Origin: an uncultured delta proteobacterium | Lineage (GTDB): Bacteria; Desulfobacterota; Binatia; HRBIN30; BPIQ01 | Direction of reading: 5' to 3' | Length of the DNA: 64,000 nucleotides | Assembly (NCBI GenBank): GCA_963761335.1 | Contig: CAVXGR010000012.1 | Location: 128,001-192,000, forward strand | Shown: positions 33,182-45,637 of the stretch, in pieces | Position numbering within the stretch: position 1 is the stretch's first letter | How the letters are laid out: every line of letters begins with the position of its first letter | Program-made: the position numbers and the translations under genes | Notes under the pieces: generated by a model | What the model was told of the DNA's origin: nothing | What the model saw: the letters and a program-made list of their open reading frames with translations, nothing else | The model's database searches: none

Positions 33182-34315
33182 ATGACCGCCCCTCTGGATC
33201 TGAAGCTCGCCGCGGTTCACGTCCGCTTCGAGAGCGACCGTGCCGAGCTCACCGAGTACGCGCGCGCGCACCTGGAGCCGTTGCTGCTGGAAGCTCCTTC
33301 TGCGGCTCCGGAGATCACCGCCAAGCTGCATTGGATCGAAGGCCACCCGCCCCCGGACCCCGCCTCGACGTACGCGGGAATCCGCGGCTGGGACCGAGTC
33401 GATCGCGATCTCTACGGCACCCCTGGTCAGCTGGTGTGGCTGCGGCTCGACGAGCTGCGCGACCTGCACCTTCACTTCCGCTGGGACGGCCGGCGGCTGG
33501 AGGTCGAGGGCCGTTTCTACCACCGCCTGAGCAACACCCCCTCGGCCGACCGCCTGCGCCGCCTCGTCTTCCACCGGCAGCTCGACGGCCTGCGCCGCAA
33601 GCGCTTCACGCGGCTGCTCTACTATCTGGTCTACTACCCGGCGTTCTGGTGGATGGAGCACATGGAGCAGGCGCATCCGCTTCACGCCGGCGCCGTCGAC
33701 ACTCCGGCCGGCGCCTTGGTGCTGGCCGGTCCGAGCGGCGTGGGCAAGTCGACGCTGACGGTCGCCTTGGCGGCGAGCCCCGGAGCGCGACTGATGTCGG
33801 ACACCTTCGTCCTGCACCGCGGGAGCGAGATCTGGGCGGTGCCCGAGCCGCTGCTTCTCGATGCCTGGAGCCGCCAGTGGCTCGGCGAGGCGGCGCAGTC
33901 TCTGCAGCTTGTGGAGCATCCGTACATGCTGTCGCGCCGCGGCTACCTGGCGCCGCGCGCGGCGCTGGCGACGCGCGCCGAGGCCGCCGCCGTGCTGCTG
34001 CCGCACCGCGCCCCGCAGCCCTTTGTGCGCCGCCTCGAGGCCGCCGAGGCGGCGGCGCGCATCGATGCCTACGACGACATCGTCAACGACCTGCGGCGCT
34101 ATCGCGCCGTGGCCGCCGTGCTCGAGATGCTCGGCCCCGCCGGGCTGGCGCGCTCGCGCCTCGCCGGGCTCGACCAGCTGACCGCCGCCGCGGCCTGTTA
34201 CGAAGTCGGCCTGACCTCCGCCATGTCGCGGGCCGAGGCGGTCGATATGATCCTCAACCAGTGTGACGCCGGCAATGGCCATCGCCCACGCACCGCAGCT
34301 CGAACGCACGCCTGA
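33182..34315 (+). CDS. HPr-kinase-like P-loop protein
   Basis: LHAGAV...LAGPSGVGKSTL...LMSD. Confidence 0.75.
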   Translation: MTAPLDLKLAAVHVRFESDRAELTEYARAHLEPLLLEAPSAAPEITAKLHWIEGHPPPDPASTYAGIRGWDRVDRDLYGTPGQLVWLRLDELRDLHLHFRWDGRRLEVEGRFYHRLSNTPSADRLRRLVFHRQLDGLRRKRFTRLLYYLVYYPAFWWMEHMEQAHPLHAGAVDTPAGALVLAGPSGVGKSTLTVALAASPGARLMSDTFVLHRGSEIWAVPEPLLLDAWSRQWLGEAAQSLQLVEHPYMLSRRGYLAPRAALATRAEAAAVLLPHRAPQPFVRRLEAAEAAARIDAYDDIVNDLRRYRAVAAVLEMLGPAGLARSRLAGLDQLTAAAACYEVGLTSAMSRAEAVDMILNQCDAGNGHRPRTAARTHA

Positions 34316-35557
34316 GCCCGTGGCCACAGCGCCGCAGACCCGCACCGCCCTCTTCGTGGAGGCGTCCAGCGGCGGTGTCGTCGGCGGCTCGCTCACCGGC
34401 CTCGTGCACCAGATGCGCGGCATGGGAGCCGGCTGGCGGTCGGTTCTGGTTCTCTATGAGCCCAAGGCGATCGAGGCCGAGCTCCTCGGCCTCGGGGTCC
34501 GCTGCCATCACGTGCGCCGCTGGCGAGTGCCCAAGGAGCACGTGCTGCAGAAATCGAACGCCTACCACACCGTGCGGCGCGCCGGTCTCGTCCGCAACAC
34601 GCTGCATCTCAGCCGCCTTCTGCTGCGCACCGTCGCCGAGGAGTTCCCCGCCTCCCTGGCGCTGGCGCGCATCATCCGCGCCGAGAAGGCGGATATCGTC
34701 CACCTGGGCAACGGCGTGCGCGCCAACTTCGACGCCATTCTCGCCTGCTGGATGACGCGCACCGCCTGCATCGCCCACGGCAAGGGCTTCGAGAAGTACG
34801 GCGGCCGCGAGCGCTGGGCGGCCGCGCACATCGACGCGCTGGTCTGCATGAGCAGCGCCGTGAAGGCCCACTGCGAGCGCAGCGGTGTCATCGCGCCGCG
34901 CATGCCGGTGATCTACGATGCCGTCGACGTCGCCGGCTTTCGGCCGACTCGGCCGCGCCAGGCGGTGCGCGCCGAGCTCGGCATCGGACCCGGCGACTGC
35001 GCCGCGGGAATTCTCGGCGGCATTCAGGAGTGGAAGGGACAGGCGGTGGTGGTCGAGGCGATCGCCCGCATCCGCCGGGAGCTGCCGAACCTGCGCTGCC
35101 TCATCGTCGGGGGCGTGCACCGCGCCGGCGAGCGCTACGCCGAGGGGCTGCGGCAGAAGGTCACGGCGCTCGGCCTCGACGACGTGGTTCGCTTCACCGG
35201 GTTTCGCCACGACGTACCCGACGTGATCAATGCCCTCGACGTCGTCGTGCACGCCTCGACGCGACCGGAGCCCTTTGGGCGGGTGATCCTGGAGGGCATG
35301 CTGCTCGGCCGCTCGGTCATCGCCGCCGCCGCCGGCGGCGTCGTCGAGTTCGTCGAGGATGGCCGCACCGGGTTTCTGGTACCGCCCGGAGACGCGGAGA
35401 AGATGGCCGAACGCCTCGCCACCCTGGCCCGCGATCCGGAGCTGCGGGCGCGGCTCGGACGCGAGGCACAGAGCGAGTCCCGCGAGCGCTTCTCGCTGGC
35501 GCATCACGTCGAGGCCATGACACACCTGTACCAATCCGTACTGGAGGAAAGAAAACG

Positions 35558-35561
<4 letters not shown>
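34275..35561 (+). CDS. Glycosyltransferase family 4
   Basis: WKGQ, FTGFRHDV, PEPFGRVILEGM. Confidence 0.9.
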
Positions 35562-37343
<1,782 letters not shown>

Positions 37344-37360
<17 letters not shown>

Positions 37361-38549
37361 GCTGTTCTTGGGGCTCGCGCTGGGCGTGTTCGGCCTGATC
37401 TTCGCCTTCGTCACCGTGGAGGCCGGGGTGCGCTTCCTGCACCTCGAGCCCGACCGCTTCTGGGAGGCCGATCCGCTGCTGGGCAGCCGGCACATCCCTG
37501 GGAAGTCGGGCTGGTGGACTCAGGAAGATCACGAGTTCCTCGTCCCGATCCACATCAACGAGGACGGCTGGCGCGGGCCGCGACGCACCCGGGAGAAGCC
37601 GGCCGGGACCTTTCGCGTCCTGGTTCTCGGCGACTCGTTCAGCGAGGGTTTCCAGGTGCCCCTCGCCGATTCGTTCCCGCGGGTGCTGGAAGGAGAGCTT
37701 CAGAAGCGCCTTCCATCCGTCCCGGTGCAGGTGATCAACACCGGAGTCAGCGGCTACGGCACCGCCGGAGAGCTCCTTCTCTTCGAGCGCGACGGCAAGC
37801 AATATCAACCGGATCTGGTGCTGCTGGCCTTCTATCCGGGCAACGACGTGATGAACAACAGCCCACAGCTCGAGGACACCCTGGTGCCAACCTACGACGG
37901 CGGCGGCACGCCGAAGAAGGTGAAGTGGGCGGGCAAACACAAGGCGGCGCGCGGCCTGCGCGGCCTGTTGGCGCAGTCGGCCGCCTATCGATACGGGCGC
38001 CGCATCCTGCTGAACGGCCACCCGCAGCTGGCGCAGCGTCTGGCCCACTGGGGCCTCCTCAAGCCTCAAGCGATACACCGGCAACCGGCGCTCGACGGGA
38101 TGCCGAGGTCCTATCAGGTGTACGGCGCGCCGGACGCCGCCTGGGATGCTGCCTGGGAGCACACCAGTCGGCTGCTCGACGATCTGGCCGCGGCGACGCG
38201 GCGAGCCGGCGCCCGACTGGCGGTGGCCATCGTCAGCAGCCGCGACGAGCTCTACCCGGAAGACTGGCAGAGCATCCTCGATACCTATCCGCAGATGAAG
38301 GGCAGGGAGTGGCATCTCGATGGGCCGCGGCACCGCGTCGAGGCGCTCTGTCGCAGCAAGGGGATTCCCGTGCTCGACCTGACGCCGGCTATGCAGGGCG
38401 CGGTGCGCGACGGGCAGGCGATTCACTTTCACCACGACGGTCACTGGACCCCGGCGGGACAACGCCTCGCCGGCGAGAACATGGCTGCCTTTCTCGTTCA
38501 GCAAAAGCTCATTCCCTCAGCAATGGAGGTTCCAAATGAAGTTCGTTAA
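37344..38549 (+). CDS. SGNH/GDSL hydrolase-family protein with N-terminal TM anchor
   Basis: LGDSF, NTGVSGYG, PGND, DGHW. Confidence 0.88.
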
Positions 38550-38715
38550 GGGCGCAAAGACCCGTTTCGGCATCGCCGGCGAGCTCCTCACCTTTCTCTG
38601 GGCCCGCAAGATGTGGTGGATGATCCCGATGGTGTTCGTGCTGCTCGTCTTCGGCGGGCTGCTGGTGACGGCGCAGAGCACAGCGCTTGGTCCCTTCATC
38701 TACACGCTGTTCTGA
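38536..38715 (+). CDS. DUF5989/SxtK-like small membrane protein, 59 aa (absent from the ORF track)
   Basis: MKFVKGAKTRFGIAGELLTFLWARKMWWMIPMVFVLLVFGGLLVTAQSTALGPFIYTLF; GGAGG RBS; typical PFIYTLF end. Confidence 0.9.
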   Translation: MKFVKGAKTRFGIAGELLTFLWARKMWWMIPMVFVLLVFGGLLVTAQSTALGPFIYTLF

Positions 38716-38718
38716 GCT

Positions 38719-38743
38719 TGCGGCCCCCTTGGCGGGGGCCGCA
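38719..38743. other. Perfect 10-bp GC stem-loop without a U-tract
   Basis: TGCGGCCCCC-TTGGC-GGGGGCCGCA right after the DUF5989 stop. Confidence 0.6.
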
Positions 38744-41700
38744 GCCATCGCCGAGGGCCGCGTGTAGATGGTTGTCTCTGTTCGCTCTGATCTTGCTGTG
38801 CGACGCCGGCGTCGCCAGTGCGGCGGTGTACTACGTCCGCACCTCGGGCGACGATGCCGCATCGGGGACCAGCCCCGGCGCCGCCCTGCGCACGGTCAAC
38901 GAAGCGGCGCGGCGCATCGGCAATCCGGGGGACGAGGTGATCGTCGGCCCCGGAACTTATGACGAAGGCAACGTGCTCCCCGACTGGAACGGCATCTCCG
39001 GCTTCCCCGTCGAGCTCCTCGGCGACCGCAGCGGCGCGCTCACCGGTGATGCGCCTGGAGACGTGGTGCTGCGCCCGCCCGCGGGAGAGTCGGGATTCCT
39101 CCTGCTCAGCAGGCGTTTCATCATCATCGACGGCTTCACCATCGACGGCGCCACCGACCCCGGCATCCAGGTGCGGGCGGCCATGGGCGACGTGAACAGC
39201 TCCGATATCACCATCCGCAACACCACCGTGCGCAACGGCGCCAAGATCGGCATCGACGTCGCGGCCACGGGGGTGATTCGCCTGGAGAGCAATCAGATCA
39301 CCGGCAACGGCAGCACCGGCATCTTCGTGGAGGGCTGCATCGCTCCCTCGAGCCGCTGCAGCCTGACGTCATCCGCGGTCGCGACTCCGCTCATCGTCGG
39401 CAACCAGATCGGCGGCAATGGCGTGGGCGACGCGGCCACCGGGCACGGCGTGTTCCTCCTCAACGTCGGCGGCAGCGCCGCGCAGCCGCGCGCCGCCGTG
39501 CAGAACAACGAGCTCACCAACAACCAGGGCTTCGGGGTTCTGATCCGCTCCTCCGCCTCGGTCGACGTGCCCGACAATCACCTCGACGGAAACCGCGACG
39601 GCGGCGTTCGCATCGGCGTCGCCGGCGACGCTTCCAGTGCCGGGAGCGACATCGCGGTTACGGGAAACGACGTCAGCGGTGGCGGCCCGACCTCCACCGG
39701 AATTGCCGTCACCGCCGGTGGCGCCATGAACATCGAGGATAATGTGGTGCAGCAAACGGCCTCGATCGGCATCTCCATCGAGGCCCTCGGCGCGGCGGTG
39801 GAGATCACGGCACGCAGCAATCTCATCGAGGACGCCGGATCCCACGGCATCTCGCTTGCCGGCGGCGTCCCGGCGGTGGCGGACAACGTCGTACGGCGCA
39901 GCCACGGGCAGGGGATCACCATCGCCGGTGCCACCGCCGGGGCGACCGTCACCGGCAACCAGGCCGACGACAGCGACAACGTCGGTATCTCCGTGACCGC
40001 CGCGGGCTCGGTGAAGGTCAGCCAGAACCAGGCGCTGCGCAGCGGCAGCGTCGGCATCTCCGTCGCCGGCCTCACCGGGAGGACGGTGATCCCGACGGTC
40101 ACCGCCAACCGCTCCGGCAGCAACGGCGCCGCCGGTATCCTGCTGCGTGCCGCCGCCGGCGGGGCCGTGCAGAACAACATCGCCTACAGCAACGCCAACA
40201 ACGGCATCGACCTGCAGAGCGCAACCGGTGTCCTGCTCGCCAACAACCTGGTGTACGCCAACGGCGAAAACGGCCTGGCGATCGGAACCGGCGGCGACGG
40301 TTCTCCCGACGCGGTCGTGGTGAACAACACCTCCTACGGCAACGGATCGATCGCGCTGGCAAAGGGGTGGGGCCTGCTGATCGGCTCCAGCACCGGCGCG
40401 GGCAGCGATTCGCCGGGAGCGGTGGTCCTCGACAACATCTTCGCGCAGAACGGAGCGGGCGGAATCGCCGTCTCCGGGAACTCGCGCTGCGACTATGTCG
40501 CCGGCTACAACGTCAACCCCAACGGCTACGGCAGCGGCACGCGCCGCAACACCTACGACCGAGCCGTCGATCCGCTCTTCGTACGGCCGGCCGGACTCGA
40601 TGGCCGGCTCGGCGGCGACGGTGCCGCCGACGACGATTTCCACCTGCGCCAACCGCAGGGCGGCCAGGCCGCGAAGAGCCCGGCGGTCGACGGCGGCTCG
40701 ACGCGGGCGGCGGTGCGCGGCCTCGGGGGCTCCACGGCCACAGGAGGCGCACCCGACACCGGCCTCCTCGACGCCGGCTTTCACTACGGCGCGCCGGCCG
40801 AGCAGCCGCTCGCCGTGCCCATCCCGTACATGCCCCTCTTCGTGCGCGCCGGGACAGGGCGACGACTCCAACGACGGGCTTCGGCCCGAGCGCGCCCTGG
40901 CCAGTATCCGCACCGCCGGCCTCCGCGCCGCCGCCGGCAACACCATCATCGTCGGCCCGGGCACCTACCACGAAGGCAACATCCGCGTGCAGAACCTCAG
41001 TGGCCCAGTGGCTTTCCTCGCCGATCCCACCGGCATGGCGACCGGCGACCCGCCCGGCCTCGTCCTCGTCGACGCCGGCGCCTTCGGCTCGGCTCCGGCG
41101 CAGGACACCGGCTTCATCCTCATGGGCTCGTGCGGTGCCGTCACCGTGCGCGGCTTCCAGGTCTCGGGCGCCGTCAGCGCCGGGATTCAGGTGCGCGCCG
41201 GTGCCGACGGCGCCACCATCGCGGACAACGTCGCCTTCAACAATCAACGCCGCGGCATCGAGGTGCTCGGCGCCCAGGCCGCCGAGGTGCGCAACAACCT
41301 GGTCTTCTCCAACGGCACCGGCGGCGTGCGGGTGGCGAGCAGCAGCGGCTCGAGCGTCGTCAACAACACCGTCTACGGCAATGCCGCCGACGGCGTCCTG
41401 ATCGGCGGTGCCGCGGTCACCGATGCGGCTCCAGGAACCTCGGTGCTGCGCAACGTGGTGGCACAGAACGGCACCTCGCAGATCCAGATGTCGAACTCCG
41501 ATCTCGGCTACGTCAGCCGCAACAACGTCGTCTTCGGCGTCACCCCCTTCGCCGGCAAGACGCCGCGCGGCGACGGCGACTTCATCGCCGACCCGCTGCT
41601 GACCGGGCCGGGGAGCGGAGATTTTCACCTGTCGCAAACGCCGGGCGCCATCAGCCCGGCGGTGAACATCGATGCCTCGGCAAGCGCGACACTGGCCGAG

Positions 41701-42783
41701 GGCACGACCCGCCTGGACGGCCTTCCGGATGTCGATGCCGCTGACGCCGGCTATCACTACCCGTTCTTGCCGCCGCTGTTGATTCCGCCGTCGCTGGCTC
41801 CGGGCGCGCTGCTCACCCCGCACATCCAGCACGTGCTCTACGTCCGCTCCGCTGGCTGCGACAACTGTGCCGGCAACAGCCCGGCGACGGCACTGGCAAC
41901 GGTGCGGCGGGCGCTGCAGAAGGCCTCCGGCTCCACCCTGGTGGTCATTGGTCCGGGCACCTACGTCGAGCCACACCTGCAGATCGGCAGCCGCGACGGC
42001 AGCGGCCCGTTCCCGGTTTTGCTCGGCGATGCCGCCGGCGCGATCACCGGCGACGCCCCCGGCCGCGTCTACGTCGACAGCGGCGGCAGCGGCGCCACGC
42101 TCAGCGGTCCCGCGATGATCGATGGTCTGGTCTTCACCGGCTCGCGCGGTCCCGGGCTGCGCACCCGCAACACGGCGCAGCCGGCTGTGCTGCGCAACTC
42201 CGTCGTCTGTGGCAATCGCGGCGGCGGCATCGCCGCGGTCGCCGACGGCATGCGCTTCTTCAACGATCTGATCTTCGGCAACGGCAGCACCGGCGCCGTC
42301 CTGCGGCTGCGCCGACCGCAGAGCACCGTCCAGTTCATCAACAACACCGTCGTCGCCAACGGCGGGCAGGGGCTCTATGCGCGCGAGAGCGGCGGCGCCG
42401 CGTCGCGGCTGCTGGCCTACAACAACATCATCTCCGGCAACGGCGGCACGGGCATGCTCCTGCGCGTCGGCGGCAACCCGGCGGAGGTGCAGGCCGGCCA
42501 CAACCTGAACAGCGACGGATACGGCCCGCGCACCCTGCCGGCCCCGGGAGACATCACCGATCCGCCGCTGTTCATCGCCGGGGACGCCAGCCCGCTGGTG
42601 GGTTGCAGCACCGCCGACAATTACTTCGTCGGGTTCTACAGCGCCGCGATCGATAACGGACTCGGCGCCGCAAGTGCCTACGGGCTGGCGCAGCGCTCGG
42701 TGGTCGTCAGCCGCGCCACCGACACCGGGACCACGGACATCGGTTATCACTACGAGGCCGATCGCACCCCGATGATCGCGGCG

Positions 42784-43116
42784 ACGCCGACGCGCACCTC
42801 CACGGCCACGCCCACGCCGACGCGAACTGCCACCGCCACCCCGACGGCAACGCCGACGCGAACCGCTACTGTCACCCCAACGGCAACACCGACGCCGACG
42901 CCGAGCGAGACAGCCACGGCTTCGGCGACCCCGACGACGACGCCCTCACGGACGCCGACGGACACAGCGACAGCGACGGCGACGCCCGAGCGAGACACCG
43001 CCGGCGACCGAGTCGCCGACGACGACCGAGACTGCGACGGCAACCGAGACGCCGACAGAGACGCCGGCGGCAACCGAGACGCGGACGGCGACCGCGGTCG
43101 CCACGGAGACACCGCA
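42784..43116 (+). repeat. Coding Thr/Pro/Ala low-complexity repeat
   Basis: TPTRTSTATPTPTRTATATPT..., continuing as TPSETPPATESPTTTETATATETP after frame correction. Confidence 0.85.
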
Positions 43117-44346
43117 ATGACGAGCACCAGTGCCGCGCCGACACGCCACTCGCTGGCTGTTGCGCCATCACCCGCGAGCCGGCGCGTGCGCGTCGCCTAT
43201 GTGATTCGCGACCTGCGGCTCGGCGGCGGCACCGAAAACCACCTGATGCAGGTCTTCCAGCATCTCGACCGCAAGCGCTTCGCGCCGACGCTTTATCTGC
43301 TGTGGGAGCACGGCGAGCTGGTGGCGCGCGTCCGCGAGCTGGGTATTCCGGTGTTCGACGGCGGCATGCGCGGCTCCCTGGTCAGCCCGGCGCTCGCCCC
43401 CTGCGTGGCCCGTTTCGCCGGCGCTTTTCGCCGCGAGAAGGTCGACGTGGTGCACACCTACCTGCCGCGCGGCGAGCTCGTCGGCGCCGTCGCCGCCCGC
43501 CTGGCAGGCGTGCCGGTGGTGGTGTGCAGCAAGCGCGGTTGCCACCACCGCAGCGGCGCCGAAGGCATCGGTGCCCGCATCGCCAACCGCCTCAGCGACC
43601 GCGTGCTCTCCAACGCCCGCGCCGTGCAGGAGTTCGTCGCCGCCGACGAGCGCTGCAATCCGGCAAAGATGCTGGTGATCGAGAACGGCGTCGACACCGA
43701 CCGCTTCGCGCCGGTCACCGATCCGGCGCCGTTTCGCCAGAGGCTCGGTCTCGATCCGGCGCGGCCGGTGATCGGCACAGTGACGCGGGCGCGAGTGCGC
43801 AAAGGCTACGAGGAGTTCCTGCGCGCCGCCGGCGCCGTCTGCCGCACGCACCGGCAGGTCCAGGTGGTGGTGGTCGGCCAGGACACCCGCGAGCTGGCGC
43901 CGCAGCAGCTGATCGACGAGGTCGGTCTACGCGACCATCTTCACCTTCTCGGCCTGCGCACCGATATCCCCGAGGTCATGGCCGCGTTCGACGTCTTCGT
44001 GCTGTCCTCGCACGACGAGGGCATGTCGAACGCGCTCATGGAGGCGATGTCGGTGGGAAAGCCGGTAGTGGCCACCGACGTCGGCGGCAACGGCGAGATG
44101 GTGATCGCCGGTGAGACCGGGTTGCTGGTGCCGGCGAAGGCGCCGGAGCCGCTCGCCGAAGCGCTGCGCCAGGTGCTCGATCACCCGGCGCGGGGCATCG
44201 AGATGGGACAGCGCGGCCGCGCCGTGGTCGAGGAGCGCTTCGCCCTGCGCGTCATGGTGCGCCGCATCCAGGATCTCTACGAAACGCTTCTCAGAGAACG
44301 CGGCTCCGGGAACGCGGCCATCCCGGCCGCGACAGATCGATCATAA
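43117..44346 (+). CDS. Glycosyltransferase family 4
   Basis: GGGTENHL, NGVDTDRF, KGYEEF, EGMSNALMEAM. Confidence 0.92.
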   Translation: MTSTSAAPTRHSLAVAPSPASRRVRVAYVIRDLRLGGGTENHLMQVFQHLDRKRFAPTLYLLWEHGELVARVRELGIPVFDGGMRGSLVSPALAPCVARFAGAFRREKVDVVHTYLPRGELVGAVAARLAGVPVVVCSKRGCHHRSGAEGIGARIANRLSDRVLSNARAVQEFVAADERCNPAKMLVIENGVDTDRFAPVTDPAPFRQRLGLDPARPVIGTVTRARVRKGYEEFLRAAGAVCRTHRQVQVVVVGQDTRELAPQQLIDEVGLRDHLHLLGLRTDIPEVMAAFDVFVLSSHDEGMSNALMEAMSVGKPVVATDVGGNGEMVIAGETGLLVPAKAPEPLAEALRQVLDHPARGIEMGQRGRAVVEERFALRVMVRRIQDLYETLLRERGSGNAAIPAATDRS

Positions 44347-44365
44347 ACCAGCAAGGGAGAGGGGC

Positions 44366-45625
44366 ATGAAAGTCACTTACGTGGGACACGCCGCCATTCT
44401 GGTCGAGTCCGGAGGGACGCGGATTCTGATGGACCCATGGCTCAACGATCCGACGTACCATGGCAGCTGGTGGCACTATCCGCCGCTGACCCTCGGGGTT
44501 CGCGACCTGCCGAAGCTGGACTATCTGTACATCTCGCACGAGCATCCCGATCACTTCGACCCGCCGACGCTGCGCGAGATCGACAAGAACGTCCCGGTGC
44601 TGATCGCCAACTTCAAGCGCAAGGGCTTTCGAGATCGGCTGGCCGGACTGGGGTTTCGCGACATCCGCGAGATCGACTTCAACACCACCGTCTCCTGCAA
44701 CGGCAGCGGCCTCACCGTCCGCCTGGTGCCGCCGGACCGCCCCTGGGACGACAGCGCCATTCTCCTGCGGGACGCCAAGATGACCCTCTTCAACGCCAAC
44801 GACTGCCATCTCGACGACGAGACGCTGTCGCGGTTGGGCCGCGAACACACCATCGACCTCGCCTTCCTCACCTTCACGGGCGCCAGCCAGTATCCCGGCT
44901 GCTTCGAGTTCCCTCTGGAGTCGAAGATCGAACGGTGGCGCGCCTCGAAGCAGGAGCATCTCAAAGAGTTTGTCTCCTGGGCCAAGCTGTTGCGCACGCG
45001 GCGCGCGGTTCCGGCAGCGGGAAACTTCGCGCTGCTGACTCCGGACCAGCTGTTTCTGAACACCCCGCATTACGTCAACACGCCGCAAGAGGCCGTGGAA
45101 GCGCTGGCGGCGGAGGCCCCCGGGATCGAGGGGCTGCAGATGAATCCGGGAGACGTGTGGTCACCGGAGAACGGCCTCGAGCGCCGGCAACCCCCGCCGG
45201 ACTGGAGCCGCCGCATAGAGCACATCGAGCAGCTCAGCCGCGAGAACGCCGGCCGCAGCGCCGAGTACTTCGCCTCCGAGGAGCCGGCCCCCGCGGATCT
45301 GTACGAGCGCTTTCGCGCCTACTTCGAGCGCGTGATCGCGGCCAACCAAGATGCCGCCGCGGGCGTGGGGATCACCGTCTGGTGGGCGGTCACCGGGCCG
45401 CAGGGCGGCGATTGGGCGATCGATTTCGGCCGCACCCAGGGAGCCGTCTCGAACGGAGCGCCCCAGCACTGGAACCTGCGCATCACCATCCCCGACACGC
45501 TCGTCCACCTCGGGGTGAGCGAGCAGTCGAAGTGGGAGAACCTGGTCCTCTCCTTTCGGGTTCGCCTGGCGCGCCAGCCGGATCGCTACATGAAGGAGTT
45601 CTGGACCTGGATCTGCAAGCTCTGA
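44366..45625 (+). CDS. Metallo-beta-lactamase-fold protein, NamH/CMP-Neu5Ac hydroxylase-like
   Basis: TYVGHA, DPWL...GSWWH, ISHEHPDHFD, DSA, NANDC, PAAG. Confidence 0.8.
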   Translation: MKVTYVGHAAILVESGGTRILMDPWLNDPTYHGSWWHYPPLTLGVRDLPKLDYLYISHEHPDHFDPPTLREIDKNVPVLIANFKRKGFRDRLAGLGFRDIREIDFNTTVSCNGSGLTVRLVPPDRPWDDSAILLRDAKMTLFNANDCHLDDETLSRLGREHTIDLAFLTFTGASQYPGCFEFPLESKIERWRASKQEHLKEFVSWAKLLRTRRAVPAAGNFALLTPDQLFLNTPHYVNTPQEAVEALAAEAPGIEGLQMNPGDVWSPENGLERRQPPPDWSRRIEHIEQLSRENAGRSAEYFASEEPAPADLYERFRAYFERVIAANQDAAAGVGITVWWAVTGPQGGDWAIDFGRTQGAVSNGAPQHWNLRITIPDTLVHLGVSEQSKWENLVLSFRVRLARQPDRYMKEFWTWICKL

Positions 45626-45637
45626 GCATCTCTTCCG

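Larger units (their letters stand above)
38718..43120 (+). pseudogene. Giant secreted right-handed beta-helix protein (3 modules + Thr/Pro tail) with two +1 frameshifts; sequencing error or pseudogene
   Basis: Signal-peptide-like N-terminus; three (Y/F)VR...GPGTY modules each ending in G(F/Y)HY; extra G at 40857-40859 and extra C at 42985-42987; corrected stop overlaps the next ATG; start uncertain. Confidence 0.8.

Noticed and set aside
40495..44346. Apparent 1283-aa beta-helix-GT4 fusion with a DRD-rich linker
   Set aside because: The linker is the Thr/Pro tail read out of frame; removing one C restores a stop overlapping the GT4 ATG.
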